The notes: generated by a model not told the origin, from the letters alone. A stretch of DNA of 64,000 nucleotides from Oscillospiraceae bacterium (GCA_015064885.1 SVRJ01000006.1:3990-67989), one strand, 5' to 3'. Positions 25,542 through 35,655 are shown, counted from the first letter of the stretch. Translations and numbers: made by a program.

Positions 25542-26897
25542 ATGAACTATTCGGAAATCACACCCTACATCAAGGAGCTTGCGGCTCTTTCGGACACCAG
25601 CAATCACATCCTTCCCGATATGTACGCTAAGCACGACGTAAAGCGCGGTCTGCGTGATATAAACGGCAACGGTGTTGTAGCCGGGCTTACCGAGGTGTCT
25701 TATATCAAGGCGAAGGAGATCGACGCACAAGGAAATGCCGTTCCGTGTGCAGGTCAGCTTTATTACCGCGGAATCAACGTGCGAAGTCTTGTAAAAGGAT
25801 TTGTAGCCGATAAGCGTCCCGGATTTGAGGAAACAGTATATCTGCTCCTTTTCTCAAAGCTTCCGACCAAGGACGAGCTTGATGCTTTTTGCAAGCAGCT
25901 TTCACTCTATCGCTCCTTGCCGCCATCCTTCGTTCGTGATATGATCCTCAAAGCTCCGGGCAAGGATATGATGAATATACTTTCAAGAAGTGTGTTGGCA
26001 CTCTACGCCTATGATGAGAATCCCGACGATATCTCCACCGAAAATATTCTGCGGCAATGCTTGCAGCTGATAGCGGAATTTCCGCTTCTTGCGGTTTACG
26101 GTTACCAGTCCTTTCAGCATTACCACAACGGTCAGAGCTTGTTCATTCACTATCCCAAAAAGGAGCTGAATACGGCAGAAAATCTGCTCTACATACTCCG
26201 CGAGGACGGGCAGTATACGCCGCTTGAAGCAGCGCTCCTTGACCTTGCGCTCGTTCTTCACGCAGAGCACGGAGGCGGTAACAATTCAACCTTTACAACG
26301 CACGTGGTAACCTCGTCTGGAACAGATACCTATTCGGCAATTTCAGCCGCTCTCGGCTCACTGAAGGGTCCGCGTCACGGCGGTGCAAACATTAAGGTAA
26401 TGCAGATGTTCGACGATATGAAAGCGAACATTAACACCAAGGACAAGGATGCGGTAAAGGATTATCTCGTCAGGCTTCTTGACAAGCAAGCCTTTGACAA
26501 GGCGGGACTTATCTACGGTATGGGACACGCAGTTTACTCACTCTCCGATCCGAGAGCCGATATTCTGCGGCACTATGCAAAGCAACTTTCTGAGGAAAAA
26601 GGAATGCAAGAGGAATTTGAGCTTTACCAAACGGTTGAGAAGATGGCTCCCGTTATTATTGCGGAAAAGCGCAAGATGTATAAGGGCGTCAGCGCGAACG
26701 TAGACTTCTATTCGGGTATGGTCTATAAAATGCTCGGTCTTCCTTACGAATTGTTTACTCCGATCTTTGCGATCGCAAGGATCGCGGGCTGGAGCGCACA
26801 CCGTATGGAAGAAATACAGAACGCAGGTAAGATCATACGTCCCGCTTACATAAGTGTAAAAGAAGAAACAGAATACGTGTCCTTGAAGGATAGATAA
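25542..26897 (+). CDS. Citrate synthase (Si-type citrate/2-methylcitrate synthase family)
   Basis: 451 aa. Motifs HAEHGGGNNSTF, LKGPRHGGAN, GMGHAVY and VDFYSG. AAGGAGG RBS. Confidence 0.9.
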   Translation: MNYSEITPYIKELAALSDTSNHILPDMYAKHDVKRGLRDINGNGVVAGLTEVSYIKAKEIDAQGNAVPCAGQLYYRGINVRSLVKGFVADKRPGFEETVYLLLFSKLPTKDELDAFCKQLSLYRSLPPSFVRDMILKAPGKDMMNILSRSVLALYAYDENPDDISTENILRQCLQLIAEFPLLAVYGYQSFQHYHNGQSLFIHYPKKELNTAENLLYILREDGQYTPLEAALLDLALVLHAEHGGGNNSTFTTHVVTSSGTDTYSAISAALGSLKGPRHGGANIKVMQMFDDMKANINTKDKDAVKDYLVRLLDKQAFDKAGLIYGMGHAVYSLSDPRADILRHYAKQLSEEKGMQEEFELYQTVEKMAPVIIAEKRKMYKGVSANVDFYSGMVYKMLGLPYELFTPIFAIARIAGWSAHRMEEIQNAGKIIRPAYISVKEETEYVSLKDR

Positions 26898-26919
26898 GGA
26901 CTAATAAACAACATTGTTT

Positions 26920-26950
26920 CCCCCGCCGCCGGGCGGGGGCTTTTCTTTAT
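26920..26950 (+). terminator. Intrinsic terminator of citrate synthase
   Basis: cccccgcc-gccg-ggcggggg followed by cttttctttatttt. Confidence 0.85.
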
Positions 26951-27112
26951 TTTCCGCATATTCAAAAGACGTCGCAAAAATTGTGTTGCTCGCTTTAATT
27001 TTACTGCTGATCTTGCGTGGACTCGGATCTGCCATTTTTGTTTTCTTCTTTTCGGCTGCTGTTATTCGGTTTGGGAACTCTGAAAAGCTATATTTTATTT
27101 TCGAAAAACGTA

Positions 27113-27141
27113 TTGACAATTAAGGCTTTTTATGATACAAT
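27113..27141 (+). promoter_or_regulatory. Sigma-A-type promoter
   Basis: TTGACA, 17-nt spacer, tgaTACAAT (extended -10). Confidence 0.6.
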
Positions 27142-27189
27142 AACATCATCAGTAAGCAACAAACACATGACAGAAAGGAAGGGTCACAT

Positions 27190-27843
27190 ATGACAGAAAA
27201 TGAAAAGATGACGGTAAACTCAGCAGAAAACGAAAAAGCGGAAGAAGTTATCGAGGTAACGGAGGCCGCATCCGAATCAGAGGTAAAGGAGCAAGAAACA
27301 GACGCGTCCGAGGCACTTGCGTCCGACTACTCTTATACGAACACTGCTCTTTCGGGAGTGACCGAGGCAAAGGAGCTTCCTCCCGAAAATATTTTTCTCG
27401 GAATAATAGGAGCGTTTCTCTTCTCTCTCGTCGGTGCTATCCTCTTCTTCGTATTATATCAGGCAGGCCGTGTGGCTGCGATATGCGGCTTTGTAACGGT
27501 AGTATGCGCTATAAAAGGATATTCAATATTCGGAAAGAGAGAAAACGTAAGAAGCATAGTTATAGCTACTGTAATATCTCTTATAACAATAATCATTGCG
27601 GAATTTTTATCATACTCATTCCTTCTTTACGACAGCGGTTGGCTTTCTGCGAGAGTGGAGCATGAGATCCCCTTTTATGCGATACCGTTTGAGGCGCTTG
27701 ATTTCCTTATGACAAACACAGACTATATTCCCGATCTTCTTATAGAGTATGCTCTTGTGATCGGAATGTCGGCACTCGGTGCTTTCACACAGATAAGAAA
27801 CGCTCTCTCTGCGGCAAAGCTTAACGCTCAGAACAGAAAATGA
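27190..27843 (+). CDS. Hypothetical membrane protein with an acidic N-terminal tail
   Basis: 217 aa. A Glu-rich first ~65 aa is followed by ~4 TM helices. AGGAAGGG RBS. I recognise no family. Confidence 0.6.
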   Translation: MTENEKMTVNSAENEKAEEVIEVTEAASESEVKEQETDASEALASDYSYTNTALSGVTEAKELPPENIFLGIIGAFLFSLVGAILFFVLYQAGRVAAICGFVTVVCAIKGYSIFGKRENVRSIVIATVISLITIIIAEFLSYSFLLYDSGWLSARVEHEIPFYAIPFEALDFLMTNTDYIPDLLIEYALVIGMSALGAFTQIRNALSAAKLNAQNRK

Positions 27844-27895
27844 TCATTCCGCGGTATACGGATGACTCAAAATAAAAGAAAAGGACGGCACTACT

Positions 27896-28786
27896 ATGAT
27901 CCTATCTACACAGACAAGTAACATATTCGCCTACTTTGGCGAGAAGGAAGGTCTCAAGATCCTCAAGGATGCGGGCTACGACGCACTCGATCTTTCACTT
28001 TTCGGTGTATCTACAAATCCCGACTACGTTCTTTCAAAGGACGGTTGGAGAGAATACGCAAAGCAGATAAAGGAATGGGCGGACGAGATCGGCATACCGT
28101 TCAATCAGAGCCACGTTCCGTTCGTTTTTAACTGGAAGAATCCCAACGAATATGAGGAAAGATTTATTCCTCTCAACATAAAGGGACTTGAAATATCGGG
28201 TATTGCCGGAGTAAAGACGGCTATAGTTCATCCCTTTCACTACAAGGAATACATAGGTCACGAGGAAGAGATATTCAATATTAATCTCGATTTCTACCGC
28301 ACTCTTCTTCCCTATGCAAAGGAATACGGTGTAAAGATAGCTATCGAAAACATGTGGCGCACAGAGCCGAAGAGAAAATACATTTGTCCGAGTGCCTGCG
28401 GCAAGGCTGAGGAGCTCGCAAGGTATATAGACGCTCTTGACGACGACACGTTCGTAGCTTGTCTTGACCTCGGTCACTGCGGTCTCGTAGGCGAGGAGGC
28501 GCAGGACGCCATACGCATTCTCGGTCACGACAGGCTGAAGGCTCTCCACGTTCACGACAACAACTACAGAGAGGACACTCACACTCTCCCCATGCTTTCC
28601 ATGATGGATTGGAACGAGATAACAAAGGCTCTTGCCGACATTGACTACGACGGTGAATTTACCTTCGAGGCTGACGCATTCCTTCGCTACATACCGAAGG
28701 ACTTCAAGCCAACGGCGTGCCGCTTTATGGTTGAGACCGGACGCTATCTGATAAACAAGATAGAGACTTACAAGTCTCAGAAATAA
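27896..28786 (+). CDS. Xylose-isomerase-like TIM-barrel protein (sugar phosphate isomerase/epimerase family)
   Basis: 296 aa. Typical pattern HPF..., IAIENM, LDLGH, LHVHDN (metal-binding His/Asp/Glu ladder). Confidence 0.75.
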   Translation: MILSTQTSNIFAYFGEKEGLKILKDAGYDALDLSLFGVSTNPDYVLSKDGWREYAKQIKEWADEIGIPFNQSHVPFVFNWKNPNEYEERFIPLNIKGLEISGIAGVKTAIVHPFHYKEYIGHEEEIFNINLDFYRTLLPYAKEYGVKIAIENMWRTEPKRKYICPSACGKAEELARYIDALDDDTFVACLDLGHCGLVGEEAQDAIRILGHDRLKALHVHDNNYREDTHTLPMLSMMDWNEITKALADIDYDGEFTFEADAFLRYIPKDFKPTACRFMVETGRYLINKIETYKSQK

Positions 28787-28848
28787 CCTGTCACTTAAAG
28801 GCGCATCAGGCTTTTGTCCTTGCGCCTTTCTTTACGGAGGAAATGATT

Positions 28849-29580
28849 ATGAACGGTAAAAGATTTTGCGCGCACAGGGGGCTTTCGGCTCTCACTCCCG
28901 AGAATACTCTCCCCGCATTTGCGTCGGCTCTGGCTCTCGGTGCGGACGAAATAGAATTTGACGTGCGTCTTACAAAGGACGGACAGCTTATAGTTTCTCA
29001 CGACAACACTCTCGAGCGGATATCAAACGGCTCGGGGAAGCTTTGCGACCACACTCTTGCCGAACTGCGTGAGCTGAACGTCGGAATAAAGCGCGGCTGG
29101 GAGGTGCCATTCTGCACGCCCGAGGAGGTGTTTTCCGCATTTGCGAACAGAATAATATTCAACATCCATCTGAAGGAGCACGGGGACGGCGGATATCTCA
29201 TCCGCGAGCTTGTCCGCATTGCCGACAAGTACCAAGCGTGCGAGAGCATATATTTTGCAGGCTCTCCCTCCGAGCTTGAGTGGATGCAGAGAATAGCGCC
29301 CGGCATTCCGCGTGTGGCTATACAGCTTCCGAAGGACACGCTCGGAATATACGAGGCGGCAAAGGAGTTCGACTGCTTTGGCGTTCAATTCTGGCTCGGT
29401 ATGTTTGACGAAGAGCTGATAAGGAGAATGCACGGTGATAATATCAGGTGCAATCTCTTCTATGCGGACACTTATGAGGATTACGATAAATATTTCGGAA
29501 TGGGGATAGACACTCTTCTGACCAACAGAATGGATCTTGCGTCAAGGTGGAAATTCACAAAGAATATACAAAAGTTTTAA
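28849..29580 (+). CDS. Glycerophosphodiester phosphodiesterase family protein
   Basis: Motif AHRG...PENTLPAF..A..LGADEIEFDVRLTKDGQLIVSHDNTL. I chose ATG 28849 (GGAGG 8 nt upstream) over ATG 28843. Confidence 0.85.
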   Translation: MNGKRFCAHRGLSALTPENTLPAFASALALGADEIEFDVRLTKDGQLIVSHDNTLERISNGSGKLCDHTLAELRELNVGIKRGWEVPFCTPEEVFSAFANRIIFNIHLKEHGDGGYLIRELVRIADKYQACESIYFAGSPSELEWMQRIAPGIPRVAIQLPKDTLGIYEAAKEFDCFGVQFWLGMFDEELIRRMHGDNIRCNLFYADTYEDYDKYFGMGIDTLLTNRMDLASRWKFTKNIQKF

Positions 29581-29669
29581 TACGCTCGTCTTTCTTTACA
29601 GGACTATATTTGTTATAATTAAATTTGTTGATTCGTACACACTACTATTTATATTCGGAGGAAGCTTAA

Positions 29670-31526
29670 ATGCAACGTTTATCTGAAAGATACTGTGAAA
29701 AGAGCTACGAGGTCATTGTAGTAGGCGGAGGCATGGCAGGACTTTGCGCTGCTCTCTCTTCTGCAAGGCACGGAGCAAAGACTGCTCTTATTCACGCGCG
29801 TCCTATGCTGGGCGGCAACGCTTCGAGCGAAATAAGAATACATATTTCGGGTGCTGATCAGAGCCTCCGTCAATCTCAGTATGCAGAAAGCGGTCTCGTT
29901 TACGAGCTCATGCTTGCAAACAAGGCTGTTAACGACAATTTCAGCTACTCTATATGGGATATGACTCTCTTTGACGCAGCTCAAAAGGAAAAGAACCTCG
30001 AGGTCTTCTACAACACGGTAATGTACGACTGCGAGATGGACAAAAACACGATAAAGTCTATTATGTGCGTACAGGAGACTACAGAGATGAGGATCAAATT
30101 CTCGGCTCCTCTCTTCGTTGACAGCACGGGTAACGGAACTCTCGGCTACTATGCGGGTGCGGAATACCGCCAGGGAAGCGAATCGAAATATGAGACGGGT
30201 GAGCCTCATGCTCCCGAGAGATCCAACAACGAAAGAATGGGCAACACCGTTCTTATGAAGGCTGTCAACACCGGGCATCCGGTCAAGTACGTTGCTCCTT
30301 CCTTTGCAAAGAAGCTCACAGAGCATCAGCTCAGGTACAGAATGCACGCTGCAAACCAGAAGATAGATTCCAGCATGGCTCCCGACCCCGAGGAGTGGCT
30401 CCGTCTTTCCGGAACCTCTTGTAAAGGCGTCGACTACGGCTACTGGTGGCTCGAGCTTATGGGAGACGGTGAGGACATCATCACAGATTTTGAGACTATA
30501 AGAGACGATCTTCTCGCTTACGCATACGGTCTTTGGGATCACATAAAGAACGACGGTGACCACGGTGCCGAAAACTACGCTCTTGAGTGGGTAGGTATTC
30601 TTCCGGGGATGAGAGAAAGCCGCAGGCTTATGGGTGACTACGTTCTTTCCGAGTCTGACATTCTTGAGCACAGGATATTCGACGACGCTGTCGTTTACGG
30701 CGGATGGTGTATTGACCTTCACGCTCCTCACGGTCTTCTCGACTTTGACGTACTCCCCAGCGACTGCCAGCATTTCAACGGGGTTTACACTGTTCCCTAC
30801 CGCTCGTACTATTCAAAGAACATAGACAATCTCTTTATGGCCGGCCGTGATATCAGCACGACGAAGCTCGGTCTCGCTTCCACACGTATTCTCGGATGCT
30901 GTGCGATAGGCGGTCAGGCGGTCGGAACTGCCGCTGCTCTTTGCACAAAGTACGGCATTAAGACTCCGAGAGAGCTCGCCCCGCATATCAGAGAGCTTCA
31001 GCAGATAATTCTCAAGGACGACGGCTTCCTTCCGGGATTCAGGAACGAGGATGAGGCTGACTTTGCTCTTAAGGCAAGCTTCAGCGCAAGCTCGTTTACA
31101 AACGGCGGTGAGCCTATCAAGGTTATAGACGGTATTTCCAGAAGACTTGACGGGGACGAGCACGGTTGGGTCTCGGACGGAATAAGCGAAAACGGAGAGG
31201 TACTTACAATGTCTCTTCCGAAGGCAGAGGTGATCTCTCAGCTCCGCATTACGTTCGACTCAAACTTCAGCTATCCCATAAGAGTTACGATGGCAAAGAA
31301 CAGGCAGGTCCAGCAGAGGATAGGCGTTCCTGCAGAGCTTGTCAAGGACTACGACGTTATTCTTCTCAGGGACGGCAAGGAAGTTGCGAAGAAGGAGATC
31401 AGGGGAAACTTTCAGAGACTCAACGTTATCGACTTTGATCCCACGGAATGTGACACCGCCGAGTTCAGGTTCCATTCCACGAACGGTGCTGACAAGATAA
31501 CCGTATTTGAGGTAAGGGCATACTGA
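29670..31526 (+). CDS. FAD-dependent oxidoreductase (FAD_oxidored family) with a C-terminal ~150-aa beta-sandwich-like domain
   Basis: 618 aa. N-terminal YEVIVVGGGMAGLCAALSSARHGAKTALIHARPMLGGNASSE. The C-terminal part (ASFSASSF...FEVRAY) looks like a galactose-binding/discoidin-type module by eye. Confidence 0.75.
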   Translation: MQRLSERYCEKSYEVIVVGGGMAGLCAALSSARHGAKTALIHARPMLGGNASSEIRIHISGADQSLRQSQYAESGLVYELMLANKAVNDNFSYSIWDMTLFDAAQKEKNLEVFYNTVMYDCEMDKNTIKSIMCVQETTEMRIKFSAPLFVDSTGNGTLGYYAGAEYRQGSESKYETGEPHAPERSNNERMGNTVLMKAVNTGHPVKYVAPSFAKKLTEHQLRYRMHAANQKIDSSMAPDPEEWLRLSGTSCKGVDYGYWWLELMGDGEDIITDFETIRDDLLAYAYGLWDHIKNDGDHGAENYALEWVGILPGMRESRRLMGDYVLSESDILEHRIFDDAVVYGGWCIDLHAPHGLLDFDVLPSDCQHFNGVYTVPYRSYYSKNIDNLFMAGRDISTTKLGLASTRILGCCAIGGQAVGTAAALCTKYGIKTPRELAPHIRELQQIILKDDGFLPGFRNEDEADFALKASFSASSFTNGGEPIKVIDGISRRLDGDEHGWVSDGISENGEVLTMSLPKAEVISQLRITFDSNFSYPIRVTMAKNRQVQQRIGVPAELVKDYDVILLRDGKEVAKKEIRGNFQRLNVIDFDPTECDTAEFRFHSTNGADKITVFEVRAY

Positions 31527-32053
31527 TGAAAAGATCTTCCACACTTAAAAAGGTTACCGTAACGGCAATAGCTCTGACTCTTACCGCCATGGTTCTTGAG
31601 ATTATATTCGTACGCGCGCTGAAGCTTGAATACGCATCACCGGTATTTATGCCGGTAAGGCTTATAACACTTATTTCAGCAAATCTTCTCGGCGGATGCA
31701 TATTCACAAAGGTCATAAATTCCGCATTCCTCGCAAAGAGGAGCGAGCACATGCTTGAGTCTTACAAAAAGCTTAGGTTTCCCGTTCTTTGCGGTGGCGC
31801 GGTGCTTATATTTATCGACTGTATCAAGGACGCGTTCCTCCATCCCGAAACAACGACGGTTTCGTCGGCACTCATTTTCACTTATCTTTTACTCGCCGGG
31901 ATATGTTCGCTTCTCACACCGAAGGACGATCCTTCATGTGACAGGGTAGGCTATATCGGAGGTGCCGTTGTATGCTTTGTGCTTTCGGTTTTTGCTATCC
32001 TTGTTTTCACTCTTAGTGTTATTGGCGATATTACGTACTTATTTAACAGATAA
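31526..32053 (+). CDS. Hypothetical small membrane protein, translationally coupled to the FAD oxidoreductase
   Basis: 175 aa, ~5 TM helices. Its ATG shares a base with the upstream TGA (TGATG). Confidence 0.55.
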   Translation: MKRSSTLKKVTVTAIALTLTAMVLEIIFVRALKLEYASPVFMPVRLITLISANLLGGCIFTKVINSAFLAKRSEHMLESYKKLRFPVLCGGAVLIFIDCIKDAFLHPETTTVSSALIFTYLLLAGICSLLTPKDDPSCDRVGYIGGAVVCFVLSVFAILVFTLSVIGDITYLFNR

Positions 32054-32058
32054 AAAAA

Positions 32059-32096
32059 GAGGCTGTCTCACCTTATAAGTGAGGTAGCCTTTTTTT
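32059..32096 (+). terminator. Intrinsic terminator
   Basis: aggctgtctcac-cttataa-gtgaggtagcct (two mismatches) followed by T6. Confidence 0.7.
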
Positions 32097-32204
32097 AGTT
32101 AGTTCACGTCAAAGTTACCGCTGTAGCTTTATACCTATATCCGCAAGCTTCCTCTCGGTGTCGCTAATGCTGCCGAACGGCTTTTTTGTTTTAACACAAT
32201 ATTA

Positions 32205-32233
32205 TTGACTTTTCCGTGCATTTGTGATATAAT
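32205..32233 (+). promoter_or_regulatory. Sigma-A-type promoter
   Basis: TTGACT, 17-nt spacer, tgtgaTATAAT. Confidence 0.65.
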
Positions 32234-32317
32234 TATTACCGTGGAATATTTCGGTTTAAACTTAACCGTTTGGGATATAATAAAAACAACACGTTCTGTA
32301 AAGGGAAACTGATAGGA

Positions 32318-33769
32318 ATGAATAAATATAAGAAGCTGGTGTCAAACACCGCAATACTGGGGCTCGGAACATTCTCGTCCAAGGTACTCGTTTACCTTTT
32401 AATGAGACTCTATACCGCGTGCCTTACGACCGAAGAATACAGCAGTGCCGACCTGCTGACACAAACGGCAACTCTGCTGATGCCGCTTGCCGTATGCGGA
32501 ATAACAGATGCTATATTCAGATTTACGCTCGACAGAGCCGACGATACGAAGAAGCATACCGTCTTCTCGACCGGACTGACGATAATGATATTTTCATCAC
32601 TTGTCTTTCTCGCGCTCTCTCCCCTTCTGTTTTTTGCAGACGGATTCTTCTCGGGACATACGTGGATAATAATAGTGTACGTTCTGGTAGCTAATTTTCA
32701 CAGCGCGGTATCCGTATATATACGCGGAAGAGGGGAAATGGTCCTCTACGCCGCCCAAGGCCTTATGAATACCGCCATAGTTATCGGTCTGAACATCCTC
32801 TTCCTCCCCATACTCGACCTCGGAGTCGTGGGATACGTATCAAGTATAATGATCGCGGATGCGTCGGTCACAGTATTTCTCGTAATAAAAAAACGCTTGT
32901 GGAAGCACTACAGCGTAAAGCTCTTTGACAAAGAGACAGCCGTCTCAATGCTCAGATACAGCCTTCCTCTCATACCCACACTCATATTCTGGTGGATAAC
33001 CGCACTTTCGGACAGATTTATGATAATAGGTATGCTCAGCGGTCCTCTCGGTGAATCGGGAGCCAAAGCCGCAAACGGCCTATATAGCGCCGCACAAAAG
33101 CTTCCGACAATAATAACACTGCTGACTAACATCTTCCTTGATGCATGGAACTTTTCAGCAGTCACAGAAAGCGAGGACAAGCAAGCGAGAGCAGATTTCT
33201 TCACGGAAATATTCAGACCCTTCTCCGCACTTCTCCTTATAGCGGGCGGAGGAATAATCCTCTTCTCGGATCTGCTGACAAATATAATGGTGGACGCGTC
33301 ATTCAGCGAATCCGCGCGCTTTGTTCCGATCCTTGTCTGCTCTACCGTATTCTCGGGACTTGCCTCCTTCCTTGGCAGCGTCTATACAGTAGAAAAGAAA
33401 AGCTCGATGTCGCTCGTTACTTCAATGGTAGCCGCCGTCGCAAATATCATTCTCAATATAATTCTTATACCGGTTATAGGTGCCATGGGTGCCGCCGTAG
33501 CAACAGCCCTCAGCTATCTTCTCTTGCTCGCGATACGCCTTGTGAACTCAAGGGCGTTCATCCCCTTCAAGGTAGACTTCAAGGTGCTTCTTCCGAGTAC
33601 CGCCATCATAACGGCAGCATCCGTATGGATGTCGTTACTCCTACCCGGAAGATATATCGCCGCGTCGGTATCCCTCGCCCTTCTGTGCTTCATAAACAGA
33701 AAGTCTATCCTCCCCGTAGTAGAAACGGTCTTCTCGGCTGTAAAAAAGAAAATTGTAAATAAATCGTAA
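32318..33769 (+). CDS. MOP-superfamily polysaccharide/lipid-linked oligosaccharide flippase (Wzx/SpoVB/MurJ-like)
   Basis: ~14 TM helices. N-terminal KKLVSNTAILGLGTFSSKVLVYLLMRLYT is typical of this family. I chose ATG 32318 (AGGA RBS) over the TTG at 32270 used by the track. Confidence 0.75.
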   Translation: MNKYKKLVSNTAILGLGTFSSKVLVYLLMRLYTACLTTEEYSSADLLTQTATLLMPLAVCGITDAIFRFTLDRADDTKKHTVFSTGLTIMIFSSLVFLALSPLLFFADGFFSGHTWIIIVYVLVANFHSAVSVYIRGRGEMVLYAAQGLMNTAIVIGLNILFLPILDLGVVGYVSSIMIADASVTVFLVIKKRLWKHYSVKLFDKETAVSMLRYSLPLIPTLIFWWITALSDRFMIIGMLSGPLGESGAKAANGLYSAAQKLPTIITLLTNIFLDAWNFSAVTESEDKQARADFFTEIFRPFSALLLIAGGGIILFSDLLTNIMVDASFSESARFVPILVCSTVFSGLASFLGSVYTVEKKSSMSLVTSMVAAVANIILNIILIPVIGAMGAAVATALSYLLLLAIRLVNSRAFIPFKVDFKVLLPSTAIITAASVWMSLLLPGRYIAASVSLALLCFINRKSILPVVETVFSAVKKKIVNKS

Positions 33770-33786
33770 ATTGTTCGCACACCCTA

Positions 33787-33815
33787 TTGCAAAAAAACCT
33801 GCGTTATGATATAAT
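33787..33815 (+). promoter_or_regulatory. Sigma-A-type promoter of rplS
   Basis: TTGCAA, 17-nt spacer, tgaTATAAT. Confidence 0.65.
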
Positions 33816-33904
33816 ATTTAGGCTTATGCGAAAGCAAATATTATGCGAGCGGTCCTCTGCATGCTCCGCACGAACGCTCAAGAAAAACAAGGAGGCCTAT
33901 AATT

Positions 33905-34249
33905 ATGGATTACATCAAGGCTTTTACAAGCGAGCAGATCAAGGCTGAAAAGCCGCTCATCAGAATCGGTGACACAGTTTGCGTTCACAACAAGATCAAA
34001 GAAGGTACCCGCGAAAGAATCCAGCTTTTCGAGGGAACAGTTATTGCTAAGCACGGCGGCGGAATCTCCGAGACATTCACTGTAAGAAGAATTTCCTACG
34101 GTTGCGGTGTTGAGAAGACATTCCCCATCCACTCCCCCAACGTTGAGAAGGTTGATATCATACGTGTCGGTAAGGTAAGAAGAGCTAAGCTCTACTACCT
34201 CAGAGACAGAGTAGGTAAGGCTTCCAAGGTTAAGGAAAAGATTCAGTAA
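33905..34249 (+). CDS. rplS: 50S ribosomal protein L19
   Basis: 114 aa. Motifs [30 protein letters not shown] and [21 protein letters not shown]. Confidence 0.97.
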   Translation: MDYIKAFTSEQIKAEKPLIRIGDTVCVHNKIKEGTRERIQLFEGTVIAKHGGGISETFTVRRISYGCGVEKTFPIHSPNVEKVDIIRVGKVRRAKLYYLRDRVGKASKVKEKIQ

Positions 34250-34289
34250 TCGGTGTGCCTGAAAATTCACCTTCGGGTGGCAAGATATA

Positions 34290-34326
34290 ATAACCGAAGG
34301 TTCTTCCCTTCGGTTATTATTTTTTA
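34290..34326 (+). terminator. Intrinsic terminator of rplS
   Basis: ataaccgaagg-ttcttc-ccttcggttat followed by tattttttaa. Confidence 0.85.
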
Positions 34327-34355
34327 ACGCTTATATTTAAACAAAGGAGAAGCCT

Positions 34356-35456
34356 ATGAAATTCGGTATAGTAGGAAGAAACAGCGAAAGCATTTTCAAA
34401 TATCAGGGATGGCCCACCGTCTGCAAAGATGAAAACGGTGTCCTGTATGCCGCCTGCTCGGGACACAGACTCGAGCACGTATGCCCGTTCGGAAAAAATC
34501 TGCTCTACGTAAGCTATGACGAAGGAAATAGCTGGTCTGCTCCTTCAATAATCAACGACACCCCGCTCGATGACAGAGACGCAGGCCTCACTCCCCTCGG
34601 AGACGGCAAAATGCTTATGACCTATTTCAATAACTCCGCGGCCTTCTATATGAACAGAGATAAAAACAATCCCGCGGTAGATCCGTTCGTTGCGGCGGCG
34701 TATAAGGTCTGGGAAAAGCTCCCCGAGGAGGAGAAACGCGCAGGCTCCTACTGTATGCTCTCACACGACGGAGGAAGATCCTTCACCGAAAGATATAAAG
34801 CTCCCGTCTCCTCTCCTCACGGACCTGTAAAGCTCTCGGACGGAAGACTTCTCTATCTCGGCAGAGGAACCGACCACAAGGATATACCCGAGGACGGAAT
34901 ATACGCCTGCGAGAGCCTTGATTGCGGCAAGACGTGGAAGGTAATATCCCACGTAAAGAAAAGCGAGGATATGACAGACGCAGAGCTTATGTGCGAGCCC
35001 CACCTCGTAGAGCTTGGCGACCGAACGTTGCTCGGTGCCATCCGCGTACAGACGAGCGGAAGGGGTGCGTACTTCACTGTGTACACCTGCACGTCAAACG
35101 ACGGAGGCAGAGAATGGACTACTCCGAAGGCTACCGGAATATGCGGTTCTCCCCCTCATATGATCCTCCATTCATCGGGCGCAATAATTCTTACGTACGC
35201 AAGAAGAGCGGGCGACCTCGGCGAATACGCAAGAATAAGCCTTGATAACGGTAAAACGTGGAGTGAGGAAAAGAGAATAAGCCCTCCGTCTCCTTCTCCC
35301 GACTGCGGATATCCGTCATCGGTCGAGCTGTCCGACGGCTCGATCATCACCGTCTACTATCAAAGATATAACGACGACAATTATTGCTCTATACTTTATA
35401 CGGTGTGGACGCTCGATGAAACCTTTGGAGATATCCTCAAAGGCAACGGACAATGA
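34356..35456 (+). CDS. BNR/Asp-box repeat beta-propeller protein (sialidase-superfamily glycosidase-like), with no signal peptide
   Basis: 366 aa with five SxDxGxTW-type Asp-boxes: SYDEGNSW, SHDGGRSF, SLDCGKTW, SNDGGREW and SLDNGKTW. No N-terminal (F/Y)RIP motif. Confidence 0.75.
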   Translation: MKFGIVGRNSESIFKYQGWPTVCKDENGVLYAACSGHRLEHVCPFGKNLLYVSYDEGNSWSAPSIINDTPLDDRDAGLTPLGDGKMLMTYFNNSAAFYMNRDKNNPAVDPFVAAAYKVWEKLPEEEKRAGSYCMLSHDGGRSFTERYKAPVSSPHGPVKLSDGRLLYLGRGTDHKDIPEDGIYACESLDCGKTWKVISHVKKSEDMTDAELMCEPHLVELGDRTLLGAIRVQTSGRGAYFTVYTCTSNDGGREWTTPKATGICGSPPHMILHSSGAIILTYARRAGDLGEYARISLDNGKTWSEEKRISPPSPSPDCGYPSSVELSDGSIITVYYQRYNDDNYCSILYTVWTLDETFGDILKGNGQ

Positions 35457-35655
35457 CCGTCTCCGCGTCCTTGTTTCTTATCGCAAAGACCGCTCCCTTA
35501 ACAAAATATGCCCTCGGATCTCCGAAAGGCGAGCTCCCAATACACTTTATCTCGCTTCCGGGTGAAAAGCCTATCTCGAGCAGCCTTCTTCGTATATCAC
35601 CGCCGGGCTTAAGATAAACGACCTCGGCACGCTCTCCCCGTAATATTTTATCCAT
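35437..35655 (-). CDS. feoA: FeoA-family small protein
   Basis: MDKILRGERAEVVYLKPGGDIRRRLLEIGFSPGSEIKCIG... is an SH3-like FeoA pattern. The start is uncertain (ATG 35655, or TTG 35688 as in the track). Its 3' end overlaps the convergent BNR gene by 20 nt. Confidence 0.7.
   Translation of the reverse strand: MDKILRGERAEVVYLKPGGDIRRRLLEIGFSPGSEIKCIGSSPFGDPRAYFVKGAVFAIRNKDAETVIVRCL

Noticed and set aside
26914-27123. A 69-aa hydrophobic + strand ORF and the overlapping 72-aa minus-strand ORF in the citrate-synthase downstream spacer
   Set aside because: The start is TTG with no RBS and lies inside the terminator hairpin. The hydrophobicity comes from T-rich intergenic sequence.
29679-30773. 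A 364-aa minus-strand ORF
   Set aside because: It is antisense to the FAD oxidoreductase gene. It has no RBS and a low-complexity Val/Ser/Cys-rich composition. Shadow ORF.
34356-35456. Calling the BNR protein a bona fide sialidase (nanH)
   Set aside because: It has Asp-boxes, but I could not find the N-terminal RIP motif, and it has no secretion signal. I have left it as a sialidase-superfamily propeller.
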